Origin: Thermoproteota archaeon
GTDB taxonomy: Archaea > Thermoproteota > Bathyarchaeia > Bathyarchaeales > Bathyarchaeaceae
NCBI GenBank assembly: GCA_042565955.1
Contig: JBHORG010000006.1
Span: 9,087 to 73,086 of the forward strand
Direction of reading: 5' to 3'
DNA length: 64,000 bases
Made by a program: the position numbers and the translations under genes. The first letter of the stretch is position 1, and each line of letters starts with the position of its first letter. Below the pieces are notes generated by a model, which was not told the DNA's origin, ran no database searches, and worked only from the letters and a program-made list of their open reading frames with translations. Of this stretch, positions 9,083 through 17,705 are shown one piece after another.

Positions 9083-9523
9083 CAATATAAGATTTACAAA
9101 TCGAGAGTTTAATGTCAAAGGTTTCTTAGAAATTTATTACAATAAATCTGAGACATACTCGGGAAAATTGTTGATGAGAATCTGATGAAAATTTAAGAAA
9201 TAAAAAAATCAAAAAAAAGAACATGTTTTCCCAAGTTTAGCCTTTACTCTCCCCCCTGAGGCCTAAGAATGATTAAGAATTATTAGAATTAATTCAAATA
9301 TATATTTTTTCCATAAAGTGGCAGATAAAATTAAAATCATAAACAAAATTAGGGTAAAAAGTTTATGTTTTCAATTAGTCATTAAATTTAGAGGTGTCAT
9401 TTTTTTCGCTTTTTTTTAGATAGAAATTTAGAAAAAAGTTGAGACACATGGGGGTAATTTTATATACTAACTGATGTGATAAATAAAAAAGCAAAGTGTA
9501 AAAAATTACACATCGATAATTAG

Positions 9524-10240
9524 GTGAAATTTATGATTGAAAGTCTGCGGACAACAAAAGGAATAGCGTTAATAGCGGTTTTTGCGGCGTTCCATACTGT
9601 TTTAAGCACCCTACCATTCACAATAGCGATAGGTGTTTCAGGCTCAATTACACTAGGAGTAATAAGTGCCCCACTCATCGGAATACTTCTTGGACCAATT
9701 ACAGGGGGTTTAGCCGTACTAATCGGTTCAGTCATCGGTATGTTCATAAATCCTGCAGGCGCAATCTTCGGCGTTCTATCCTTTCTACCTGCAACATTTG
9801 GCGCTTTTAGCGCAGGTTTCACAATATCAAAACGAGGATACATTTCAGCCACAATGATTTTAGCCTCGATTCTATTATTCTACAGCCATCCCTTCGGTCG
9901 TGAAGCCATGTTTTATCCGTTTTTACACATAATTGCATTGATTGTTGCATTGGCTTTCTCAACACGACTTGCAGTATGGTCAACAGAATTATCAAACATA
10001 AAGAAGCTAGGTTTAGCAGTTCCAATTTCAGCATTTGTGGGCACCTTGACAGACCATATATTCGGCAGTGGATTAGCAATATGGTACTTAGACCCAATCC
10101 TTATACCTGAAATTTGGAACGGCATAATATTCATTTATCCAATTGAAAGAATGGTTGCAGTAATTATTACATCAGCAATCGCTGTTCCTCTATACTACAG
10201 CCTCAGAAAATCTGGAATATTCAGTTTAATTAAAAGCTAA
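9524..10240 (+). CDS. polytopic membrane protein, ECF-transporter S-component-like
   Basis: Six or so TM segments; Gly-rich helices (LLGPITGGLAVLIGSVIG) resemble ECF S components. Confidence 0.45.
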   Translation: MKFMIESLRTTKGIALIAVFAAFHTVLSTLPFTIAIGVSGSITLGVISAPLIGILLGPITGGLAVLIGSVIGMFINPAGAIFGVLSFLPATFGAFSAGFTISKRGYISATMILASILLFYSHPFGREAMFYPFLHIIALIVALAFSTRLAVWSTELSNIKKLGLAVPISAFVGTLTDHIFGSGLAIWYLDPILIPEIWNGIIFIYPIERMVAVIITSAIAVPLYYSLRKSGIFSLIKS

Positions 10241-10346
10241 AAAACATCAAGAGTCGCAGTGTCATTCAAAACAGCTCATATTGCAATTTTCACAAAAGAT
10301 AATAACTTCCAGAAAACTAATGCTGCTGAGTCTCTAAATCAATCAC

Positions 10347-11366
10347 GTGAATATCATGAAAGCTAGAGAAGGCGACCTCATAGAATCTAAAGGCAACATC
10401 ATTTTTGATGTTAAGGGATTAGTTCACCCTTCTAAGAGGGTAGTAGCGTTTATTCGCTATGTTCCCGATCCAATCGGTAACAGAGAAAGGGATGGAAAAC
10501 GATACAGAAAATTTTATTCGCTCTCTAAACGCTACAACCTGCTAAAATGTGAATACCCACAATATCTAGTAAATGATCCTGTATTCAACACTCTACTCTG
10601 TGAGGTCCCAGTCGGCGATATAAATCATCATTATTTGCCAGCTCAGGGTTTACAGGACCTTCGGAAGAGAACCAATTTGGACGAAGTTGAAACAACAGCA
10701 TTAGCGTTCATGGAACATCTTAAAGAAACCACGAGGATTCCATGGAACAAACTGGGCATTTCAGGGTCTATCCTAGTTAAACTTCATGAGCCATCTTCTG
10801 ACATTGACCTTATCGTTTACGGTTCTAAAACGGGTTACAGGGTTCAAACGATAATGAAGGAGATGTTGGAGGACAAGAAAAGTCCATTCAAAGCCTATGA
10901 TTTGGATGGTCTAAGAGAACTGTTCGATTTCCGTTCGAAAGACACCATCACTTCTTTCGAAGATTTCGTTCGAACCGACTCCCGAAAAGTTTCCCACGGC
11001 AAATTCATGGGAAAACACTTCTTCATACGCTTCGTAAAAGATCACAACGAAATCAATAAACAATATGGAACATTTATCTATAAGCCACAAGGTAACGCAA
11101 GAATTAAAGCCACAATTGTAGATGAATCAGAAGCACTATTCACTCCATGTAGCTACAAGCTCGCCAACGTGGAAATTCTTAAAGGATCAAAAGTTGAGCC
11201 AATTGAAGAGATCGTGTCATTTCGAGGAAGATTCTGTGAACAAGCCAAAAGTGGTGAGGTGGTAATTGCAGAAGGAAAACTTGAAAGTGTGCAACAAGAA
11301 GGAAAACATGACTACTATAGATTGCTATTAGGGGGTAAGCTTTCGGACCACATGATCTTGAGATAG
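10347..11366 (+). CDS. predicted nucleotidyltransferase (Pol-beta superfamily) with C-terminal OB-like domain
   Basis: NTase motif GISGSILVKLHEPSSDIDLIVYG; beta-rich C-terminal region. Confidence 0.55.
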   Translation: MNIMKAREGDLIESKGNIIFDVKGLVHPSKRVVAFIRYVPDPIGNRERDGKRYRKFYSLSKRYNLLKCEYPQYLVNDPVFNTLLCEVPVGDINHHYLPAQGLQDLRKRTNLDEVETTALAFMEHLKETTRIPWNKLGISGSILVKLHEPSSDIDLIVYGSKTGYRVQTIMKEMLEDKKSPFKAYDLDGLRELFDFRSKDTITSFEDFVRTDSRKVSHGKFMGKHFFIRFVKDHNEINKQYGTFIYKPQGNARIKATIVDESEALFTPCSYKLANVEILKGSKVEPIEEIVSFRGRFCEQAKSGEVVIAEGKLESVQQEGKHDYYRLLLGGKLSDHMILR

Positions 11367-11436
11367 AAATTGATGCTATTTCGCTTTGATTTCGGAACAC
11401 TTTTAATGTTTTGGTAATTCCAGAAAAATTCAATTA

Positions 11437-11763
11437 ATGTTAAATCACAGCGGGATAATTACAATAAGTGAAGATAAGATGCAAACAGTAAAGGTTCAAG
11501 GAAGGAACAATAGACACAAGGTTCTCGTGTATGCCATAAGCACCTGCGGCTGGTGTAAACGTGCAAAAAAATTCTTAAACGACAACAATGTTGATTTCGA
11601 ATACGTTGACATCGACCTATGCAGTTGGGAGGATAAAAACAAAATTAGACAAGACATCCAAAACCGTGGAGGACCACTCGCATATCCATCAATAATTGTA
11701 GACAACAAAATCTTATTAACAGGCGCATCCCCCGACAAGTTAAGAGAGGTCCTTGAAATTTGA
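11437..11763 (+). CDS. glutaredoxin-like thioredoxin-fold protein
   Basis: VLVYAISTCGWCKRAKKFL redox motif and cis-Pro region AYPSIIV; possible later start at ATG 11479. Confidence 0.75.
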   Translation: MLNHSGIITISEDKMQTVKVQGRNNRHKVLVYAISTCGWCKRAKKFLNDNNVDFEYVDIDLCSWEDKNKIRQDIQNRGGPLAYPSIIVDNKILLTGASPDKLREVLEI

Positions 11764-12308
11764 CCCCAATAAACAAAACCAGAAGGAGAGCTGAAGAAGA
11801 TGCAAAAGCCAAAGGCTACTATCTAGTCCCTGACCCAGAACTTCTCGAAGACCTACTTGAAGGACTTCAAAAAAACGAAGAACGTTACGGCTATCCATCG
11901 TGCCCATGCAGACTGGCTTCAGGAAAGCTTGAACTAGACAGAGACATAATCTGTCCATGCGATTACAGAGACCCTGATGTAAATGATTACGAACAATGCT
12001 ATTGCGGTTTATACGTCACAAAGGATATTCATGACGGAAAGAAGCCTACAAACCCAATTCCAGAAAGAAGACCAAACGAAAAACAGGGCAGAGCATATAC
12101 AATTTCCAACGAACCTTCAATAGAAGCACCCCCCAACAACTTCGAAAATAATAACCACTCTGAAATTAAAACAAAATTGTGGTACTGCAAACAATGTGGC
12201 TACGTATGTTTTCGTGAAGACCCACCATATATCTGTCCGATATGTAAAGCAAAAAGGGAAATGTTCGCCGAATTAGCAGTAGGAATAGAAATTCGCGGAA
12301 AAACATAG
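11760..12308 (+). CDS. ferredoxin:thioredoxin reductase catalytic-subunit-like protein fused to a C-terminal rubredoxin
   Basis: FTR-type Cys pattern YGYPSCPCR...IICPCDY...CYCGLY; rubredoxin-like WYCKQCGY...YICPICKA; 4-nt overlap with the glutaredoxin-like gene. Confidence 0.75.
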   Translation: MTPINKTRRRAEEDAKAKGYYLVPDPELLEDLLEGLQKNEERYGYPSCPCRLASGKLELDRDIICPCDYRDPDVNDYEQCYCGLYVTKDIHDGKKPTNPIPERRPNEKQGRAYTISNEPSIEAPPNNFENNNHSEIKTKLWYCKQCGYVCFREDPPYICPICKAKREMFAELAVGIEIRGKT

Positions 12309-13058
12309 CATGAAATGGAACGTAACTGATTCAGGTTTGCTGTTTCATAACAGGATGAAACAAGTCTTAACCAGAACTTTTTTTCAGTTAGCAGTGTTAA
12401 AGCGTTCATCTACATGCTTCTGGATTATGATAATCCCAATCACCTTGAAGATTTTAGCACATAGTTTCTCATTCATTTCTTCTTCGATTTTTTGAAAATT
12501 CAATCTTATATTTGTCACATTAATTGAGGCTGTTCTTTTTTTGAAAAAATGACCCAATAGAGAGTTGAATAGATAATAATGATTAACAATGTGTAAACTG
12601 ATATACAAGTTTATGTATATTATAACTGAAAACTAAGCTTAAAACAAACCCCATTTCAACAAAGAAACATTATCTGAGCATATTATTAAAGGTTTAAATT
12701 TAGTTAACCTGCAACTTACTAAACAATGTTGATTTTAGTTCTAAAAAAATCTTGGTTTTCACCAAACTTGCTCTCTCTTGTAGGTGTGGAGGAAGTAGTA
12801 AATAAATAAAGTGAATGAATAGATTAAGATTGATCTCTAGATACTGTTTGAAGTTTAAGCGAACTCTTTACTCGTTAAAATTGAAGTATAGCAAAGCTAC
12901 CGTTCATAGACGATACTGAAACTCTACAAAAACTTGAAACGTTGATTAACAAAATTGATGTTATTACAACAAGACTCCAATCAATTCCCTTTTCCATCAT
13001 AAGAATCCTAAAGTTTTATTTAACTAACCAAACCAGCCAAATCTTAAAGAACATATTA

Positions 13059-13111
13059 GTCAACGTTTCTTGACCAACTAATGGTTCATTTTGGTCAAGG
13101 TTTCTTGATAA
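13059..13111. promoter_or_regulatory. pair of related palindromic elements upstream of 13148 gene
   Basis: GTCAAcGTTTCTTGAC (13059-13074) and GTCAAgGTTTCTTGAt (13094-13109); also TTGACCAA..TTGGTCAA inverted repeat between them. Confidence 0.3.
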
Positions 13112-13147
13112 AAACCCTTTTTACCATTACTAACTAATGTATTAGTT

Positions 13148-13990
13148 GTGCCCATGTTGGGAGATAAAAGGGCAATTCAAGTTCTATTGTTGGTTCTATG
13201 TTTTGCAGTCGTTTCTATTCCACAAATTAGGGTAGTAAAAGCACAATATACCGTCTACATTAGAGCTGATGGAAGCATTGAGGGAACGGACAAAATTCAA
13301 CGTGATGGTGACGTCTTTACTTTAACTGGTGACATCTCTGGTGGAATTAAGGTTGAGAGAAATTTCACTGTTATTGATGGTGCAGGTTACACTCTTCAGG
13401 GAAGCGGAGTAGAAGGCTGGGGAGTAGACTTTGCAGCCCATTCTCCATCAGATCCTAGGACATTCAATTTAACTATAAAGAATCTTCGGATTATGAATTT
13501 TGGTGCTGGTATACGGTCTGTTAACAACAATACTGTAATTGGGAACTACATAGTAGGCTGTAGTGTCGGCATCAGTATAATGTCCGGCTCAAACAACATC
13601 ATCAAAAATAACACTATAGCAAACAACGGTAATGGAATATCAATATCTTACAGTGGAGGCGGTCATGTTATCACCCAAAATAACATGATAAACGATGTTG
13701 CCGCAACAAACAATGTCATCATAGTTTGGTTATCTCCCAGACCTTCGGTATTTATGAATTACTGGAGTGACTACAATGGCACGGACAATGATGGAGACGG
13801 CATAGGAGACCGCCCATACATGTACATTAATACGGATTACGCAAAATACTCGGACGGTCAGCCACTAATGGAACCAGTAGAACTTCCAGTGATTCCAGAG
13901 TTTCCATCATGGACGCCATTACTGATTATGCTAGTTGCTCTGATTTTTGTTGCAGTAATTTTCAAACAAAAACATCTTTTTTTAGAGTAA
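13148..13990 (+). CDS. secreted right-handed beta-helix (PbH1/NosD-like repeat) protein with PEF-CTERM-like C-terminal anchor
   Basis: Signal-like N-terminus; repeated NN.I..N motifs (IKNNTIANNGNGISI); DNDGDGIGDRPY motif; C-terminus PEF + TM (LLIMLVALIFVAVIF) + KQK. Confidence 0.7.
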   Translation: MPMLGDKRAIQVLLLVLCFAVVSIPQIRVVKAQYTVYIRADGSIEGTDKIQRDGDVFTLTGDISGGIKVERNFTVIDGAGYTLQGSGVEGWGVDFAAHSPSDPRTFNLTIKNLRIMNFGAGIRSVNNNTVIGNYIVGCSVGISIMSGSNNIIKNNTIANNGNGISISYSGGGHVITQNNMINDVAATNNVIIVWLSPRPSVFMNYWSDYNGTDNDGDGIGDRPYMYINTDYAKYSDGQPLMEPVELPVIPEFPSWTPLLIMLVALIFVAVIFKQKHLFLE

Positions 13991-14024
13991 ATTTAGGATC
14001 TTAGTTTATTCCACCAAAGCTTCA

Positions 14025-14052
14025 AGTGTATACACGTTTTAGCAAATACATA
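14025..14052. repeat. 28-nt repeat copy A (AGTGTATACACGTTTTAGCAAATACATA)
   Basis: 26/28 identical to 15051-15078 in direct orientation; contains the perfect palindrome GTGTATACAC. Confidence 0.8.
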
Positions 14053-14057
14053 CACTT

Positions 14058-14945
14058 CTAACCATGTATAGAGTTGGGGTTATCCCAACTATAACCTGAT
14101 GTTAGGTCTGTCATTTCTCCAGAATACTCAATGTTAAAATCAAATACTTGATAATCCCATCCATTGATGTCTCCAATAAAAAATTCTACTCTTTCCAGCG
14201 TTGTGCCATCAACACCTTCAATCCTTACTAGCAGAGTAGCATTGTATATTTTATCTCGTCCTGAATTGAATAGTGATCCCTTGTAGTTGACATAGTTGGC
14301 GTCAACACCTTCCATATTCGTCCATTCGTCATTAACTAGGAATGGGAAGCTCTCTCTAAGTTCTAGATATTGTTGTTGAAGGTAATCATTCTCTCTTTGA
14401 ATCTTCAAGTGAAAACCAACTAACAGAATTGAAAAAATTAAAAAGACGATAGTTACTATTAGAAGTGTTTTTTTCCTCATTTTGTTCGGTTTTTGATTTG
14501 CTTTTTCTTCTTTAGATGAAGAATTTCTTTTGGATAATATTACTAAAGAAGTGAATCCTAATGCAATTAAAATTAATCCAAAATACGTGTAATAATAATT
14601 CCACTGGTTTAGCCATGTAGTGTCGTAATATGGTTGTGGTGTGAGTAAAACTGAAAAGTAACCAACAAACATAGCTAATCCCGATACTAACACTTTTTTT
14701 CCGGAATTCAAACTTCTAAAATGTTTTAGTCCACCGCCCTTTGTTAAAAACATTGCCGTGAAGATTGCCAAAGGAAGGGCGCTAACAAAAAACAGAACTG
14801 GTAAATTATAAAGTAACGTCGATACAATATCTCCTCCGAACCCAAAATTGCCTAAACAGTAAGATACATAGAAATACAAAAAGAATACAATTGGACCGCC
14901 TACAGTCAAAGAATAGATTATTTTCAAAAAATTAGAAAATTTCAA
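14058..14945 (-). CDS. hypothetical membrane protein (multi-TM N-terminal half, extracytoplasmic C-terminal domain)
   Basis: 295-aa ORF with five or six hydrophobic helices, then a soluble beta-rich region; no family recognised. Confidence 0.5.
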   Translation of the reverse strand: MKFSNFLKIIYSLTVGGPIVFFLYFYVSYCLGNFGFGGDIVSTLLYNLPVLFFVSALPLAIFTAMFLTKGGGLKHFRSLNSGKKVLVSGLAMFVGYFSVLLTPQPYYDTTWLNQWNYYYTYFGLILIALGFTSLVILSKRNSSSKEEKANQKPNKMRKKTLLIVTIVFLIFSILLVGFHLKIQRENDYLQQQYLELRESFPFLVNDEWTNMEGVDANYVNYKGSLFNSGRDKIYNATLLVRIEGVDGTTLERVEFFIGDINGWDYQVFDFNIEYSGEMTDLTSGYSWDNPNSIHG

Positions 14946-15050
14946 ATAAGATACGGAGTGCAGCCAAATTCCCCCATAAGGTTAACCGTATATGTTTATT
15001 AAATCTTACGATACACTTTAAATAATTTACGGTCCCCCTATTCTTCTTTG

Positions 15051-15078
15051 AGTGTATACACGATTTAGCACATACATA
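15051..15078. repeat. 28-nt repeat copy B (AGTGTATACACGATTTAGCACATACATA)
   Basis: Direct repeat of 14025-14052; a degenerate third core CGTGTATACAG is at about 15172-15182. Confidence 0.8.
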
Positions 15079-15362
15079 GTTACTGTTGTTACAGTATGGT
15101 ACCTTCCTGTTCCTTCCTCTTTCCTTTCTGGTACATGGATAGTAGGTAAAGGAAAGGTATAGTACCTAAACCGTGTATACAGGTCATAAACCGTCCGTCG
15201 TCACCTCCCGTTGGACGTCATCCGTTTCGCCCATCCGTTCGCTCCGTTAGGGGGGGTTAAATTTTAGCCCCAAACCCAAACGAAAGGAATGTACGCTCGT
15301 TCTGTAACAGTTTTCTTAGTGAGAGACAGTGAAATTTCGCAATTTCATATTGATGTTGGAGA

Positions 15363-15659
15363 TCAACCTATCGTAAACCCAAGTACTACTCCAAGAACAA
15401 GACTGCCTAAAGCCGGAATCTGAGATATTAGTGGATTGATAAAATTCCATGCAGGAGTGACAAGTGCCTCTATGCTTGAGATTAATTGGGTATAATCTAT
15501 TTGAATAGAATTTTCGTAAGCCAAATATGTCAATCCAAAAGCAAATGCACCAATTATCAACGCGAATTTCAGCGCTTTTTTAAGCAAATATCCAACAAAG
15601 AAACCACCTATTCCTCCGAACCCTAATTGAGTCATGATTGGAGTAAAAATATCTGACAT
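15363..15659 (-). CDS. FUN14-like small membrane protein
   Basis: 98 aa; LGFGGIGGFFVGYLLKKALK pattern and three TM helices resemble the FUN14 family. Confidence 0.5.
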   Translation of the reverse strand: MSDIFTPIMTQLGFGGIGGFFVGYLLKKALKFALIIGAFAFGLTYLAYENSIQIDYTQLISSIEALVTPAWNFINPLISQIPALGSLVLGVVLGFTIG

Positions 15660-15875
15660 GCCACATACACTTTATACAATTAATAAAAGAATATTATATC
15701 TGATGATTTAATAAACTTTTAACCTTCTATGTATGGATTAAGGATCCGTTAATAAAACTCCCCCTTTTTTTGTTTAACTTTTTTCTATTATAATGATTAA
15801 TCTGACGATAAAATATTCATTCAATCGAAATATGACTTATAATTTCTCGATATTAATAGAGATTAACTAGAAGGG

Positions 15876-16007
15876 GTGAAGAAGATTTTTTTGTTTGATA
15901 AATTGTTCAATCTTTCAGTTAATTATCTATTTTTGTTTTTTGCCACAGCATTTGTCCTATTAATACTAGCAATGTTCTTTGTCTGGAAGTTTAGGAAAAT
16001 AGTCTAA
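15876..16007 (+). CDS. possible 43-aa single-TM mini-protein
   Basis: GTG start after AAGGGG; hydrophobic core FLFFATAFVLLILAMFFVW; followed by the AAAACTCCCCCC-T6 motif at 16043-16061. Below the track length cutoff. Confidence 0.25.
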   Translation: MKKIFLFDKLFNLSVNYLFLFFATAFVLLILAMFFVWKFRKIV

Positions 16008-16070
16008 TTGTTTAAAAAAATGATTGTGCTTTCTTAGGTTACAAAAACTCCCCCCTTTTTTCAATAGAAA

Positions 16071-16259
16071 TTAGTCTTCTAATTCTATGAATAGTTGGTC
16101 GTAGCAATCACTATGATAAAGTTTTGATGTTCCGCTGTTCCTGTGACCTTTTACATAATCACCAATTTTCAGTTCTTTACCACATTTTTTACAAAAAACC
16201 TTTCCCTTGAAACTTATCAGACGTTTGTAAACATCTTTTTTTAGTTCATATTGTATCAA
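16071..16259 (-). CDS. small zinc-ribbon-like protein, hypothetical
   Basis: 62 aa; CKKCGK ... HSDC potential metal ligands. Confidence 0.4.
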   Translation of the reverse strand: MIQYELKKDVYKRLISFKGKVFCKKCGKELKIGDYVKGHRNSGTSKLYHSDCYDQLFIELED

Positions 16260-16595
16260 AATTTATCAACAAACTTTTAAAAAACAGAACTAGAATTTCT
16301 ATTAAATTTTTCGTTATTAAAAAAAGGATGTTAAATGTTAGGGCTCAGGAGATTATGAATTGGTGAAACCCACATTTTGAAAGTATGCTTAGGGAACGGA
16401 TAACCAGTTGTCTTCCACAACTTAAATTTTCCGTCAGTAATACACCTAAAGCGATAGAGGGGGATCATGTCCCATCCTTCAAACAGGAGTTTTCCGCATT
16501 GACGGCAGAACACAGCGAAACCCAACATTCAACCCCAAAAAAGAATCAGCTAAATTGAATTTACTGCTTGTGCTAAAAAGAAAAGTTGATCTAGA

Positions 16596-16613
16596 GAGCA
16601 AACCGAAACTAAA
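16596..16613. repeat. 18-nt motif GAGCAAACCGAAACTAAA (copy 1 of 3)
   Basis: Near-identical copies at 17213-17230 (16/18) and 37663-37680 (17/18), all in the same orientation. Confidence 0.75.
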
Positions 16614-16828
16614 CTATTACATGGGGAGTAGGATTCGCATCCTAATTTACCAATAAAATATTTTTAGTATTTTTAATATATCATTGGTTTCAAATTTTTT
16701 GAATCTTGAAAATCGTTGACGGTATTACCCGTTTTTTAGCTATCTTTGGATTATTCCCCAATAATGAACATTTTTTTCTAAAACTCTATGGTTAATTTTT
16801 AATATCATATGAAATATATTCGGTCAAC

Positions 16829-17212
16829 ATGAAAGAAGAAGACATACCAAAGCTGTCAAACGAAGAAATTCAAAAAATTGAAAGAATTTCAGAAGCATTC
16901 AGAAAGAGGGAAGATGCCAAAAAAAACAGGTTAGATGCTGAAGCTAATTTGGAATCACAGAAAAAGTGGCTAACAGTATTTGAAGGAACACCAAAAGAAA
17001 CTATCCCTTTGATCATTTATGTTGTGTATGATATAGCTTTGGTTCTGATTGGTCTGTTCAATATTCTACAATACACCGATGTTAGACTTTGGGTAGGTGC
17101 TTCATTACTAATTGTAGCAATGTTTGCTCCATTATGTGTGCTCACAAACGTAAGCTGGAAAAACCTCTTTAGATATTTAAAAAACAAGATTACAGGTAAG
17201 AAAGATGATTGA
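16829..17212 (+). CDS. hypothetical membrane protein with charged N-terminal helix
   Basis: 127 aa; charged N-terminal region and two TM segments. Confidence 0.4.
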   Translation: MKEEDIPKLSNEEIQKIERISEAFRKREDAKKNRLDAEANLESQKKWLTVFEGTPKETIPLIIYVVYDIALVLIGLFNILQYTDVRLWVGASLLIVAMFAPLCVLTNVSWKNLFRYLKNKITGKKDD

Positions 17213-17230
17213 GGGCAAATCGAAACTAAA
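17213..17230. repeat. 18-nt motif GGGCAAATCGAAACTAAA (copy 2 of 3)
   Basis: Lies exactly between convergent stops (17212 and 17226) and overlaps the PPAT stop codon. Confidence 0.75.
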
Positions 17231-17696
17231 GCAAATGGCCTTCCCTGTCGATTTCCTCAAACCAAATACGAGTAGATGAAATTGGATAGTGATCTTCAGA
17301 TAGAACCATCTTCACAGTTACAATTGGTAAAGACCGCATTCCTATACTTTTCCGTTTTTGGTTAATTTCATAGGCACCTGGCTCTGTTTCCACACTAACA
17401 ACTATAGCATCAATTCGTTTATCTGATAATGTGATTCCATATGCATCATTCAAAGGTGTAATTTCAGTACGTTCCAGAAAATTATTCGTTCTCAAGAATG
17501 TTTTCAACTCTTCAAGGCGCTGGGCATAGGGTGAGATTTGGTGAGGCTTTTTCAATTTTTTCAAGAAACTGTCTGAACACAAACCAATAAGAATATGATC
17601 TCCAATCTCGAATGCCTTCCTTAGCAGAGTTAAGTGACCTTTGTGAAATAGATCGAAAGTTCCTCCTACAGCCACTGTCTCAAACAGTTTATTCAT
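17226..17696 (-). CDS. coaD: phosphopantetheine adenylyltransferase, archaeal cytidylyltransferase-type
   Basis: VAVGGTFDLFHKGHLTLL nucleotidyltransferase motif; 156 aa; adjacent to pantoate kinase. Confidence 0.8.
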   Translation of the reverse strand: MNKLFETVAVGGTFDLFHKGHLTLLRKAFEIGDHILIGLCSDSFLKKLKKPHQISPYAQRLEELKTFLRTNNFLERTEITPLNDAYGITLSDKRIDAIVVSVETEPGAYEINQKRKSIGMRSLPIVTVKMVLSEDHYPISSTRIWFEEIDREGHLL

Positions 17697-17705
17697 GAAT
17701 CAGAA

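Noticed and set aside
12310-12608. Overlapping ORFs 12310-12495 (+) and 12384-12608 (-) downstream of the FTR-like gene
   Set aside because: They are mutually exclusive, have low-complexity hydrophobic translations and no start context. They cannot be supported from sequence alone.
16596-16613. Possibility that the GAAAC-containing 18-nt motif marks a CRISPR array
   Set aside because: There are only three dispersed copies, 0.6 kb and 20 kb apart, with no regular repeat-spacer periodicity and no cas genes in the window.
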